A DNA stretch of 64,000 nucleotides, taken from the NCBI RefSeq assembly GCF_963515095.1, contig NZ_CAUPXD010000003.1, forward strand, positions 7,568-71,567, in the 5' to 3' direction. Under the pieces are notes generated by a model that was not told the origin of the DNA, ran no database searches, and saw only the letters and a list, made by a program, of their open reading frames with translations. The translations under genes and the position numbers were made by a program. Within the stretch, counting starts at the first letter, position 1, and each line of letters begins with the position of its first letter. The DNA comes from an uncultured Granulicatella sp. GTDB taxonomy: Bacteria; Bacillota; Bacilli; Lactobacillales; Aerococcaceae. Shown here piece by piece: positions 52,409 through 62,692 of this stretch.

Positions 52409-53249
52409 ACAAGAAAAAAATTCGAATAGAAGAAAAGGAAGCCAACCAAAGGGCTTCAAAAAAGAGGCTAAAGCACCTCGTCCAAAATATACACCGGAAA
52501 CTTCTTCGAATGAGCAAGAGTCCACAGATTTTGTATATGGACGTCATGCAGTAAGAGAAGCATTACAACAACCAGAACGTGTGAATAAATTATGGGTTCA
52601 AGAAGCTTTATCTGGAAAGGAAATTACACCGATTATTGATTTAGCAAGAGAACATCGTATTCAAATTCAAAATGTTCCGAAAGCTAAATTACAAGATCTT
52701 GTGGGTGAAGTTGTCCATCAAGGAGTGGTTGCTTCGATTGCAGCGTATGAATATGCGACTTTAGAAGATGTCTTTGAAAAAGCTCAGGAAAAAAATGAAG
52801 ATCCATTTATTTTAATTTTAGATGGAATTGAAGATCCGTATAATTTAGGAAGTATTTTACGTACTGCAGATGCCACGGGAGTTCACGGTATTATTATTCC
52901 GAAGAGAAGAAGTGTTTCTTTAACTTCTACCGTAGCAAAAGCTTCTACAGGGGCTATCGAGCATGTTCCCGTTGTTCGTGTGACGAATTTAACTCAAACA
53001 ATTGAACAATTAAAAGAACGTGGCGTTTGGGTGTTCGGAACAGATATGAAAGGAACGGATTATCGTCAATGGAATACAAAAGGTCCAATTGCGATTGTCA
53101 TGGGGAATGAAGGAAAAGGTGTATCTCGTATTGTTAAAGATGCCGTAGATGAGATGATTACGATTCCGATGACCGGACATGTTCAAAGTTTAAATGCGAG
53201 TGTCGCAAGTGCTTTAATGATGTATGAAGTTTTTCGCTCTCGTCATTAA
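52401..53249 (+). CDS. rlmB: 23S rRNA Gm2251 methyltransferase
   Basis: HQGV, NLGSILRTA, GNEGKG, SLNASVA. Confidence 0.95.
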   Translation: MARQEKNSNRRKGSQPKGFKKEAKAPRPKYTPETSSNEQESTDFVYGRHAVREALQQPERVNKLWVQEALSGKEITPIIDLAREHRIQIQNVPKAKLQDLVGEVVHQGVVASIAAYEYATLEDVFEKAQEKNEDPFILILDGIEDPYNLGSILRTADATGVHGIIIPKRRSVSLTSTVAKASTGAIEHVPVVRVTNLTQTIEQLKERGVWVFGTDMKGTDYRQWNTKGPIAIVMGNEGKGVSRIVKDAVDEMITIPMTGHVQSLNASVASALMMYEVFRSRH

Positions 53250-53259
53250 TAGGTGATTT

Positions 53260-53784
53260 ATGAAGAAACAATTATATATTATTGATGGATATAATATGAT
53301 TGGAGCATGGCCTGAATTAGTGAGTTTAAAAAAACAAGGTGATTTAGAAAGTGCTCGTGATTTACTTATCCATCATTGCGCCAATTTTAGAAAATTTGAA
53401 CACGTTGAAGTGTGGATTGTTTTTGATGCACAATTTGTTCCTGGCATTACTCAGTCATTTGAATCTTCTCAAGTAAAAGTTATTTTTACAGCAGAAGATG
53501 AAACGGCAGATGAATATATTGAGAGAACAGTTAGCGAAATGAATACGCAAGTCATTCAAGTGTCTGTAGCAACGAGTGATTTAGCAGAACAATGGGTCAT
53601 TTTTCAAAAGGGTGCTTTAAGAAAATCTGCAAGAGAATTTTTTAAAGAAATTCAAAGAAGTAAGAAAAAGCAAGATCAATTATCTAGACAATATCAAGAA
53701 ATCTCCAGACGTCGTTCACCATGGAGCGATGAACAAATGGATAAATTGAATATTTTACGATTCAAATTACAAGAAAAAGATTGA
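53260..53784 (+). CDS. NYN-domain ribonuclease (YacP/Rae1-like)
   Basis: IDGYNMI, VFDA, ETADEYIE, VATSD. Confidence 0.92.
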   Translation: MKKQLYIIDGYNMIGAWPELVSLKKQGDLESARDLLIHHCANFRKFEHVEVWIVFDAQFVPGITQSFESSQVKVIFTAEDETADEYIERTVSEMNTQVIQVSVATSDLAEQWVIFQKGALRKSAREFFKEIQRSKKKQDQLSRQYQEISRRRSPWSDEQMDKLNILRFKLQEKD

Positions 53785-54054
53785 AAGTTTATAGATGAGA
53801 AAGAGCTAAGTGGGTGAACTTGGCTCTTTTGTATTTCATAAAAAGTAATCGTTTACAAAATGTGTTTGTTGCAGTACAATTGAATCGAAATATAGAAGTT
53901 ATATAACAGGAGGGGTAGATGAAAACATAAGTGTTGATTGTTGACCTAGGAAGAATGCTTTAATAGTGAATTTTTCATACATAAATAACAACGATATATA
54001 CGATATAAAATAGTAAGATGCAATGATTGAACATGAAGATTGGGGGAGAACAAC

Positions 54055-54261
54055 ATGAAAAAGATAATCACTTTATTACTAGGAATGTTGGTATTAACTT
54101 TAGGAAGTTCGACTGTGTTGGCAATGGAAAGTGAAAATTCAGATCCAAGGCCTAGTGGAGTTATTTTTGTCGAGCATTTTAGAGCGATGATGATTGTGGG
54201 AACAGTGTTCGTTATTATTGTTGGGATCATTTGCTGGAAAATTTTTAAAAAACGTCATTAA
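54055..54261 (+). CDS. Small protein with signal peptide and C-terminal TM anchor (68 aa)
   Basis: GGGGAG RBS; MKKII..VLA signal; TM helix and KKRH tail; own terminator at 54296-54320. Confidence 0.75.
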   Translation: MKKIITLLLGMLVLTLGSSTVLAMESENSDPRPSGVIFVEHFRAMMIVGTVFVIIVGIICWKIFKKRH

Positions 54262-54324
54262 ATTACTACTAAAGCTCAAATAAAACGAAAATTCTGAGGC
54301 GACTTCGGTCGTCTCTTTTTCATC

Positions 54325-54378
54325 TTCACAAAATCTTCATACTTTCTAGTTAACGGATTCATAAAATTAAGGTATACT
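54325..54378 (+). promoter_or_regulatory. OmpR-type direct-repeat box and -10 upstream of the response regulator
   Basis: TTCACAAAAT (54325), TTCATACTTT (54336), TTCATAAAAT (54358) in 11-bp phase; TATACT at 54373. Confidence 0.65.
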
Positions 54379-54411
54379 AAGTGTGAAATCATCCAAAAAG
54401 GGGGAAGTAAG

Positions 54412-55122
54412 ATGCATATTTTAATGATTGAAGATACAGAAGCAGTATGTGAAATGATGGAAATGTTTTTTGAAAAAGAGGGGTGGACAGCAGAGTTTTA
54501 TCATGATGGAAAAGAAGGCTATGATGCCTTTGTGAATCATCAAGATAAATGGGATCTAGTGATTTTAGATTTAAATTTACCTTCAATGGATGGCATGCAA
54601 ATTTGTCGTCAAATTCGTCAAATGAATGAGCAAGTACCAATTGTCATGTTAACAGCAAGAGATTCAGAAAGTGACCAAGTCATTGGGTTAGAAATTGGTG
54701 CCGACGATTATGTGGCAAAACCATTTAGTCCATTAACAATGATGGCTCGTATTAAAGCATTACATCGTCGTATTGGACGAGGAATTTCTAGTGAAACTCC
54801 AACAAATTCGGGACAATTTGATATAGAAACCAAACATGTTTCGATTAATACAAGAACTCATGAAGCCTTTATTGATGGGGTGAAAATTGATGGCTTGACA
54901 CCAAAAGAATTTGATTTATTAGTCTTAATGGCACAACATCCTCGTCAAGTATTCTCAAGAGAACACTTATTAACGAAGATTTGGGAAGATCCATTTTACG
55001 GGGATGAGCGTACGATTGATGCACATATTAAAAAATTACGTCAAAAAATCGAAGCAGTAGGACCTCATGTTATTCAAACGGTATGGGGTGTAGGATATAA
55101 ATTTGATGATAGTGGGATTTAG
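54412..55122 (+). CDS. OmpR-family response regulator (YclJ-like)
   Basis: LDLNLP, KPFSP, LTPKEF, RTIDAHIKKLR, TVWGVGY. Confidence 0.95.
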   Translation: MHILMIEDTEAVCEMMEMFFEKEGWTAEFYHDGKEGYDAFVNHQDKWDLVILDLNLPSMDGMQICRQIRQMNEQVPIVMLTARDSESDQVIGLEIGADDYVAKPFSPLTMMARIKALHRRIGRGISSETPTNSGQFDIETKHVSINTRTHEAFIDGVKIDGLTPKEFDLLVLMAQHPRQVFSREHLLTKIWEDPFYGDERTIDAHIKKLRQKIEAVGPHVIQTVWGVGYKFDDSGI

Positions 55123-55125
55123 AAG

Positions 55126-56532
55126 ATGAAATATTTTTACCAACAATTAGTAGGATTTTTATCGGTTGTATTAGTATCCGTTGTTGTTTGTGGATTATTG
55201 TTTTATAATGTCATGACGAATAAAATTTTCATGCAACGGTCGCAACAACTATTTGGATATGCCAAAGCGATTTTAGTAAATGATTTAACAGCTGAACAAA
55301 TTAATAGCAGCTTATCCTTGTTGAAAGATGAACATTTAGGAGTTGCGATTTTTGATAAAGAAAATAAAATGACTTATCCAGCAACAGTATTAAATGTTAA
55401 AAGTTCATTATCTGATGATGAATTACAACATCTTCAAGATGGTTCTGCAATTAATATGAAGCAAACAAAGCATAACTTTGTAGGTGAAGCAGCTGATTTA
55501 GTGACGATTTATTATCCGATTTTTAATAATCAAACTTATAATGGTTTTCTAGCGATTTCTAGTCCATTAAGTCGTATTGAAACGGAAATGGCAGAATTAC
55601 GAAATTCTATTTTAGTAGGATTTTCATCAGCAGCAGTGGCAGGAGTTATTCTGAGTGTCTTATTTGCCAATTATCAAACAAGAAGGATTAATCGCTTAAG
55701 AAAAGCGACACACGAAATTGCTGAAGGAAATTATGATATTTCGCTACCGACTCAAAAACGAGATGAATTTGATGATTTAGTCATGGACTTTAATAAGATG
55801 GCAGAGTCATTACAGAGGTCTGAACAAGAAATTGAACGACAAGAGAATTTAAGACGTCAATTAATGATGGATGTAGCTCATGAGATGAGAACACCACTAA
55901 CAACGATGAATGGATTATTGGAAGGGTTAATTCACCATATGATTCCTGAATCTCGCCGCGAGCGAAGTTTAGAATTAATTACGAATGAAACACAACGTCT
56001 CATCCGATTAGTGAATGAAAATCTAGATTATGAGAAAATTCGTTCCGATCAAATTGTATTAGTGAAGCAAAATTTCTCAGGAGCAGAAGCTTTACAAAAT
56101 GTTGTCGATCAATTGCAAGAATTGGCTAAAAATAAGGGGAATGACTTACGTTGTGAATGTCCAGAAGATTTTAAAGTTTATGCGGATTATGATCGCTTTA
56201 TTCAAATTTTAGTGAATATGACGAAAAATGCGAACCAATTTACGGATAAAGGTCATATTCTTATTAAAGGTTGGAATGAAGAGTCGAATGCCATTGTGCA
56301 AATTATTGATGATGGAATTGGAATTAGTAAAAAAGAAGTGGAAGCAATCTGGGAAAGATTTTATAAAGCAGATGTTTCAAGAAAGAGTACAAAATATGGG
56401 GAATCTGGAATTGGCTTAGCGATTGTTCATTCATTAATGAACAGTCATCATGGAACAATCCAGACAGATAGTGAAGTTGGAAAGGGAACGACATTTACAC
56501 TTACATTCCCTGGAAAAGAAGAAAAAGAATAA
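55126..56532 (+). CDS. Sensor histidine kinase (YclK-like)
   Basis: Two TMs, HAMP, HEMRTPL, DDGIG, GIGLAI. Confidence 0.95.
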   Translation: MKYFYQQLVGFLSVVLVSVVVCGLLFYNVMTNKIFMQRSQQLFGYAKAILVNDLTAEQINSSLSLLKDEHLGVAIFDKENKMTYPATVLNVKSSLSDDELQHLQDGSAINMKQTKHNFVGEAADLVTIYYPIFNNQTYNGFLAISSPLSRIETEMAELRNSILVGFSSAAVAGVILSVLFANYQTRRINRLRKATHEIAEGNYDISLPTQKRDEFDDLVMDFNKMAESLQRSEQEIERQENLRRQLMMDVAHEMRTPLTTMNGLLEGLIHHMIPESRRERSLELITNETQRLIRLVNENLDYEKIRSDQIVLVKQNFSGAEALQNVVDQLQELAKNKGNDLRCECPEDFKVYADYDRFIQILVNMTKNANQFTDKGHILIKGWNEESNAIVQIIDDGIGISKKEVEAIWERFYKADVSRKSTKYGESGIGLAIVHSLMNSHHGTIQTDSEVGKGTTFTLTFPGKEEKE

Positions 56533-56540
56533 GGAAAGGG

Positions 56541-57179
56541 ATGAATCGGGAAATGTTGTTATTAGAACCAATCTATCAATGGCTAGAACAGTTATTGGAC
56601 GGACGAATAAATCATTTCCCTTTGATTCGTCTTTTAATGAATAGTATCGATCATGCTCTCATATTCTTTATTGGATGGCTGGGAGTATGGTCGATTTCTC
56701 TCTTATTTAGAAAATATCACAAACAAAAGATTGATTGGAAATTAGAGAGTTATCTTCATTTGTTTATTTTTTATTTACTCGTATTATTAAATATTACGAT
56801 TTTTCGACAATCGAGTATTTTTAATCTAATGAGGATCTCACCACGACCTTTGCAAGACATTTATTGGATACCTTTTGTAGATAGTGTAAAACTATTTACA
56901 CATGGATCACTATTTGCAGCATATTATAATGTATTTGGGAATATTATTTGGTTTATGCCAATGGGTTTATTTTGTGGGATTTTATTAAAGGAGAAAAGTC
57001 ATTATAAACTATCTTTTTGGGCTGGTTTATCTATCTCTCTTATAATAGAAATTAGTCAATGGTTATTTTCAACAGGTGTCACTCATATTGATGATGTGAT
57101 TTGTAATGCGTTGGGAAGTGTTTTGGGATATTGGTGTTATAAAAAATATCAAGAAAGAAAAAGGAGATTAGAATTATGA
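56541..57179 (+). CDS. VanZ family membrane protein
   Basis: GNIIWFMPMG, IEISQ, IDDVICNALG. Confidence 0.9.
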   Translation: MNREMLLLEPIYQWLEQLLDGRINHFPLIRLLMNSIDHALIFFIGWLGVWSISLLFRKYHKQKIDWKLESYLHLFIFYLLVLLNITIFRQSSIFNLMRISPRPLQDIYWIPFVDSVKLFTHGSLFAAYYNVFGNIIWFMPMGLFCGILLKEKSHYKLSFWAGLSISLIIEISQWLFSTGVTHIDDVICNALGSVLGYWCYKKYQERKRRLEL

Positions 57180-58360
57180 AAGAAATCATTTTAAAAACGA
57201 AAGCAGCTAAATTAGTGAAAAAAGGGTCTCCTTTATTAAATCAAGAGGATTTAGCAAAAACTCTCGAAGCAAAAGAAGGCGAATGTGTTCGTGTTTGTGA
57301 TGAAAAGAAAGAATTTTTAGCAATGGCTTATGTAGGGTTTCAACATAAAGGGATTGGATGGGTTTATTCTAAAAAAGATGGTGAAAAATTAACTCCTCAA
57401 TTTATAAAAGGAATCTTCCAAAAGGCAGCACAAAAACGTTCTTCTTTACTGATGGATGAAAGTACGACAGCTTTTCGTCTATTTAATGGAGAAGGAGATG
57501 GATTAGGTGGAATTACGATTGATTGGTATGATGGATTTGTAGTAGTTTCATGGTATAGTGCAGGAATTTATCAATGGAAAGAGTTGATAGTAGAACAACT
57601 ACAAGAAGCAATTCCAAGTATCCGAGGTATTTATGAAAAAATTCGTTATGCTTCAAAAGATAAATTACCGGAAAGTCAATTTGTAAGAGGAGTGAAGGCG
57701 AGTGAGCCACTGATTGTTCAAGAAGAAGGGGTTCGTTATGCAACGTATCTTGATGAAGGATTGATGACAGGTATCTTTTTAGATCAACGTGAAGTTCGTA
57801 CGTTGTTAAGAGATGACTATAGTGCTGGGAAAACCATTTTGAATTTATTTAGTTATACAGGAGCGTTTTCTGTAGCTGCAGCAATGGGTGGTGCGGTTCA
57901 AACAACGAGTGTGGATGTTGCCAATCGAAGTTTAGAGAAGACTAGGGAACAATTCGAGGCAAATGGAATTAATGTATCTGAGCAAAAGATTTATGTAATG
58001 GATGTGTTTGATTATATTAAATATGCAGCAAAGAAGGCTTTAACGTTTGATACGATTGTCTTAGATCCTCCTAGTTTTGCTCGTACAAAGAAGAGAACTT
58101 TTTCGGTTGCGAAGGATTATGCAGGGTTAGTAGAGCAATTAGTTCCGTTAACGGCTAAGAAGGGGACTTTAATTTTGTCGACGAATGCGGCCAATGTTTC
58201 AGAGAAGCAATTTTTAGAGATGATTCATAAGGGGCTTCGCTCTTCTGGAAGAAGGTATCGTATAGCGCACCAGAAGAAATTGCCGATGGATTTTCCAGTG
58301 GCACCACATACACCGTTGAGTGATTATTTGAAGGTGATTTTTATAGAAATGGATGTGTAG
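57176..58360 (+). CDS. RlmI/RlmK-like class I SAM rRNA methyltransferase
   Basis: NGEGDG, TGIFLDQRE, LNLFSYTGAFS, LDPPSF. Confidence 0.92.
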   Translation: MKEIILKTKAAKLVKKGSPLLNQEDLAKTLEAKEGECVRVCDEKKEFLAMAYVGFQHKGIGWVYSKKDGEKLTPQFIKGIFQKAAQKRSSLLMDESTTAFRLFNGEGDGLGGITIDWYDGFVVVSWYSAGIYQWKELIVEQLQEAIPSIRGIYEKIRYASKDKLPESQFVRGVKASEPLIVQEEGVRYATYLDEGLMTGIFLDQREVRTLLRDDYSAGKTILNLFSYTGAFSVAAAMGGAVQTTSVDVANRSLEKTREQFEANGINVSEQKIYVMDVFDYIKYAAKKALTFDTIVLDPPSFARTKKRTFSVAKDYAGLVEQLVPLTAKKGTLILSTNAANVSEKQFLEMIHKGLRSSGRRYRIAHQKKLPMDFPVAPHTPLSDYLKVIFIEMDV

Positions 58361-58525
58361 GAATAGACTTCCTAATTTAGTAGTAATGGACGCCAGCAGC
58401 TTCGCTATCGCGAATCTCATGGCTAAAAATCGAGCCTAGGTCTCGATTTTTCCAGTAATAGAAGCCACAAGCATTGTGGCTTCTATTACCGATACTACTA
58501 CGGGAAGTCAATTCCTACTTTTTTT
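58357..58525 (+). repeat. Structured intergenic repeat, copy D (full form)
   Basis: Outer stem GTAGGAATAGACTTCC/GGAAGTCAATTCCTAC and TAGTAGTA/TACTACTA enclosing three hairpins; T-run. Confidence 0.9.
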
Positions 58526-58710
58526 ATATGGGGGAAATTGCGTAAAGGTATGGGATTTCCTGATGTAGTATAAAAGACAAGTTTATGGAAATAAGAAATC
58601 TATCTTTCATCAAAATGATGGATTTCACAAAATGTAAGCGTTAAGTTGTCAGGAATTAAAAAACAATTAAAAAAAGTTTAAAAATTTTTCAAAAAAATTT
58701 AAAAAAACAA

Positions 58711-58739
58711 TTGCATGAATTGTCAGAATATTATATAAT
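58711..58739 (+). promoter_or_regulatory. liv promoter with CodY box
   Basis: TTGCAT-17-TATAAT with AATTGTCAGAATATT (58718-58732) in the spacer; cre-like TGTAAGCGTTAAG at 58633. Confidence 0.78.
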
Positions 58740-58780
58740 CTTCTCATCACTTAAAAAAACAGATTATGAAATGAGGGATT

Positions 58781-59947
58781 ATGATGAATTTAAAAAAATT
58801 TGGATTAGGATTGGTATCAGCAGCAATTTTAGCAGGATGTAGTGCAGGTGGTGCATCAAATGGTAACACAGTAAAACTTGGGGGTAACTTCGAGTTGACA
58901 GGTAACGTTGCCGCTTATGGTTCAGCTATGGATAATGCTGTTAAATTAGCCGTTGAACAAAAAGGAAAGTTATTAGATAAAGAATTAAAATATGTTTCTT
59001 ACGATAACAAGTCAGAAAAAACAGAAGTAGCTTCTGTAGCTAAAAAATTAGTTTCTGAAAAAGTTGTTGGGGTTGTCGGACCAGCAACAACAGGAGATGC
59101 TCAAGTTTCAATTCCAATCATGGAACAAGCGAAAATTCCAGCTGTATTCCCAGCAACAACAGGGGACGGAATTACATTAAAAGATGCGAAAAACCCAGAA
59201 TCAGTATATGACTACATCTTCCGTGTATGTTTCTCTGATAATTATCAAGGGGTTGTAGGAGCAGGATTTGTAAGCCAAAAATTCCCAAATGCAAAAGTAG
59301 CAATTTTACAAGACTCAGCAAGTGACTACTCAAAAGGTTTATCAGAAGCATTTGAAAAAACTTATACAGATGCTAAAATCGGTGGACAAATTGTTGCAAA
59401 AGAAACTTATCAATCAAAAGATACAGATTTCCAAGCAGTATTAACTTCACTAAAATCAAAATCATTTGATGTATTATATATCCCAGGATATTACGAAGAA
59501 GTTGGTTTAATCATCAAACAAGCTCGTGAATTAGGAATTACTCAACCAATCGTTGGTGGAGATGGATTATCAAGTGAGAAATTAGCAGAATTAGCGGGTA
59601 ACAAAGCAAACTTAACAAATGTCTTCTATACAGCTCACTTCTCTGCTAAGAGTACAGATGAAGATGTTCAAGAATTCATCAAAGCTTATAAAGAAAAATA
59701 TAATACAACGCCAGATTCATTCTCAGCTTTAGCTTATGATGCAGCACAATTATTAATGAAAGCTATTGAAAAAGCAGGTTCAACTGATGCTCAAGCAATT
59801 AAAAAAGCTTTAGCAGAATCTACAGATTTTGATGGTGTTACTGGTACATTCACAATGGGTAAAGATCACACTCCTCTAAAATCAGCAGTTGTTATCGAAT
59901 TCCAAAATGGTGAAGAAGTAAGTGCGAAAGAATATTCAGCACAATAA
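58781..59947 (+). CDS. livJ: Branched-chain amino acid ABC substrate-binding lipoprotein
   Basis: Lipobox LAGC; ELTG.VAAYG, FRVCFSD, DFQAVLT. Confidence 0.92.
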   Translation: MMNLKKFGLGLVSAAILAGCSAGGASNGNTVKLGGNFELTGNVAAYGSAMDNAVKLAVEQKGKLLDKELKYVSYDNKSEKTEVASVAKKLVSEKVVGVVGPATTGDAQVSIPIMEQAKIPAVFPATTGDGITLKDAKNPESVYDYIFRVCFSDNYQGVVGAGFVSQKFPNAKVAILQDSASDYSKGLSEAFEKTYTDAKIGGQIVAKETYQSKDTDFQAVLTSLKSKSFDVLYIPGYYEEVGLIIKQARELGITQPIVGGDGLSSEKLAELAGNKANLTNVFYTAHFSAKSTDEDVQEFIKAYKEKYNTTPDSFSALAYDAAQLLMKAIEKAGSTDAQAIKKALAESTDFDGVTGTFTMGKDHTPLKSAVVIEFQNGEEVSAKEYSAQ

Positions 59948-60063
59948 TATATAAAATTTTGAGGAAAGAGAGGCAGTTGGGGAACCCCGCCTCTTTTTTC
60001 ACATGATAGGCAAATTAAGAACAATATCAGAAAAATTCGGTTTTAAAGAGAAAGGAGCTTAAA

Positions 60064-60945
60064 ATGGAGCTATTGATACAACAATTAGTCAATGGGGTTG
60101 CGCTAGGAAGTATTTATGCTTTAGTGGCACTTGGCTATACAATGGTTTATGGAACAATTAAATTAATCAACTTTGCTCATGGTGATGTTTATATGATGGG
60201 TGCGTTTGTTGGTTTTTATGCAATGAATGGATTGGGGTTAAATATTTTCTTATCTCTTCTATTAGCAATGGTTAGCTGTGCTGTTTTAGGAGTAGTAATT
60301 GAGAGAGTAGCGTACAAACCTTTAAGACGTTCAACTCGTGTTGCTGCTTTGATTACAGCAATTGGGGTTTCATTTTTACTTGAAAATGTAATGAGTTATC
60401 TATTCGGAGCGGAAATTCGTCCATTCCCATCTGATTTTGGAACAACAAATTACACTTTATTTGGCAATGTTACGATTAATGGGAAGCAAATCTTAATTTT
60501 TGCTACAACAGTCATTTTAATGGCATTATTACAATTCATCGTTCATTACACAAAAATGGGGAAAGCCATGCGTGCAGTTGCAGTTGATGAAGATGCAGCT
60601 CAATTAATGGGGATTGATGTGGATCAAGTGATTTCATTTACATTTGCATTAGGTTCAAGTCTTGCAGGGATTGCAGGGGTATTAGTAGCTTTATACTACA
60701 ATACGTATTCTGCAACAATGGGAATTGTACCTGGGTTGAAAGCTTTCGTAGCAGCGGTATTAGGTGGAATTGGTAGTATTCCAGGTGCTATGATTGGTGG
60801 CTATGTCATTGGTTTATTAGAAACTTTAGTTAGCTATTTAGGATTTTCTCCATATAAAGATGGAGTAGTTTACTTCCTATTATTTGTTATTTTATTAGTA
60901 TTACCAGCAGGCTTGTTTGGTAAAAATGTTAAAGAGAAAGTGTAG
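60064..60945 (+). CDS. livH: BCAA ABC permease
   Basis: GSIYALVALGYTMVYG, INFAHG, KAFVAAVLGGIG. Confidence 0.95.
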   Translation: MELLIQQLVNGVALGSIYALVALGYTMVYGTIKLINFAHGDVYMMGAFVGFYAMNGLGLNIFLSLLLAMVSCAVLGVVIERVAYKPLRRSTRVAALITAIGVSFLLENVMSYLFGAEIRPFPSDFGTTNYTLFGNVTINGKQILIFATTVILMALLQFIVHYTKMGKAMRAVAVDEDAAQLMGIDVDQVISFTFALGSSLAGIAGVLVALYYNTYSATMGIVPGLKAFVAAVLGGIGSIPGAMIGGYVIGLLETLVSYLGFSPYKDGVVYFLLFVILLVLPAGLFGKNVKEKV

Positions 60946-60954
60946 GTGAGAAAC

Positions 60955-61920
60955 ATGCAACGATTTCATCAGAAAAATCTTATTTGGTTAGCTTCTGCAG
61001 TAGTCATTTATTTATTACTTCAAGTGTTAGTTCAAGTAGGAGTGATTAATTTCTATTATGAAAGTACTTTTATTAACATCATGATTAATATTATTTTCGC
61101 AGTCGGATTAAATTTAATCTTGGGGGTTGCAGGTCAATTCTCACTAGGGCATGCTGGATTTATTGCGATTGGTGCTTATAGTGCTGCTATTATCGGTAAA
61201 GCGGTTAGTGGTTTAGCTGGTTTATTTGCTGGTATGGTAGTTGGAGTAGTCATTTCAATCGTGATTGCTTATTTAGTTGGTTTACCAACACTTCGTTTAA
61301 AAGGGGACTACTTAGCCATTGCAACATTAGGAGTTGCAGAAATTATTCGTGTAGCATTAAATAATATGAAAATTACAAATGGTGCTGCAGGGATTAGTGG
61401 GGTTCCATTAACAACAACATGGACAATTGTTTATATTGCGTTAGTTTTAACAACTATTTTAGTATTAAACTATGCTAATAGTAGTGCAGGTCGTGCGACT
61501 TATGCTGTATTACAAGATGAAATTGCAGCAGAGTCAATGGGGGTAAATGTTACTCGCTATAAAATGTTAGCTTTCATCATTGGAGCAGCTACAGCAAGTA
61601 TTGGTGGAACATTAACAGCCACTTATTTAGGAACTGTAACACCAAGTGACTTTACATTTATGAAATCAATTGATGTATTAATTATTGTTGTATTCGGAGG
61701 AATCGGTAGTTTTACAGGTTCATTTGTAGCAGCAATTTTACTTGGAATTATTAATACATTCTTACAACCATTTGGACAATTACGTATGATTATTTACGCA
61801 GTAGCGTTAATCTTAATTATGATCTTCCGTCCAGGTGGATTGTTAGGAACTTGGGAATTTCGTTTTGGTACATTCTTAAGTAATAAATTGAAGAAAAAAG
61901 AGAAAGGAGAAACAGAATGA
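60955..61920 (+). CDS. livM: BCAA ABC permease
   Basis: GQFSLGHAGF, LRLKGDYLAIATL, RPGGLLG. Confidence 0.95.
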   Translation: MQRFHQKNLIWLASAVVIYLLLQVLVQVGVINFYYESTFINIMINIIFAVGLNLILGVAGQFSLGHAGFIAIGAYSAAIIGKAVSGLAGLFAGMVVGVVISIVIAYLVGLPTLRLKGDYLAIATLGVAEIIRVALNNMKITNGAAGISGVPLTTTWTIVYIALVLTTILVLNYANSSAGRATYAVLQDEIAAESMGVNVTRYKMLAFIIGAATASIGGTLTATYLGTVTPSDFTFMKSIDVLIIVVFGGIGSFTGSFVAAILLGIINTFLQPFGQLRMIIYAVALILIMIFRPGGLLGTWEFRFGTFLSNKLKKKEKGETE

Positions 61921-62690
61921 GTTTATTAGAAGTAAAAGGTTTAACAAAAAATTTCGGTGGATTATCAGCTGTTTCAAACGTTTCTCTTAAAGCTGAAAAA
62001 GGAGAATTAATTGGATTAATTGGACCAAATGGTGCCGGTAAAACAACATTCTTCAACCTTTTAACAGGGGTATACGTTCCAACAGAAGGAACTATTGAAT
62101 TAGAAACTGAAAATGGTAAAACATTATTAAATGGAATTGCACCTAATAAAATTACAGAATTAGGATTAGCACGTACCTTCCAAAATATTCGTTTATTTAA
62201 AGATTTAACAGTATTAGAAAATGTAATGGTAGCGATGCATGCGCATGAAGGGAATTCATTATTCTCAAGTTTATTCAGAACAAAAGCTTATTATGAAACA
62301 GAAAAAATGATGAAAGAAGAAGCGCTAGAATTATTAAAAATTTTCAACTTAGAATCATTTGCTCAAGATAAAGCAAAAAACTTAGCTTATGGACAACAAC
62401 GTGAATTAGAAATTGTTCGTGCCTTAGCAACAAAACCAAAAATTTTATTTTTAGATGAACCTGCTGCAGGGATGAATCCGCAAGAAACAGCAAATCTAAC
62501 AAAATTAATTGCGCAAATCCAAGAACAATTCGGATTAACAGTTGTATTAATTGAACACGATATGTCATTAGTGATGGAAATTTGCCAACGTCTATATGTA
62601 TTAGAATATGGAAGGTTATTAGCACATGGAACACCAGAAGAAATTAAGAAAAATCCTGATGTTATTCGTGCTTACTTAGGAGGAGAGTAA
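61917..62690 (+). CDS. livG: BCAA ABC ATPase
   Basis: GPNGAGKTT, ARTFQNIRLF, LAYGQQR, DEPAAGMN. Confidence 0.96.
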   Translation: MSLLEVKGLTKNFGGLSAVSNVSLKAEKGELIGLIGPNGAGKTTFFNLLTGVYVPTEGTIELETENGKTLLNGIAPNKITELGLARTFQNIRLFKDLTVLENVMVAMHAHEGNSLFSSLFRTKAYYETEKMMKEEALELLKIFNLESFAQDKAKNLAYGQQRELEIVRALATKPKILFLDEPAAGMNPQETANLTKLIAQIQEQFGLTVVLIEHDMSLVMEICQRLYVLEYGRLLAHGTPEEIKKNPDVIRAYLGGE

Positions 62691-62692
62691 TC

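Noticed and set aside
17161..58525. The repeat family as a CRISPR array or tRNA
   Set aside because: Copies are dispersed with no repeat-spacer periodicity, no cas genes and no tRNA T-loop or cloverleaf.
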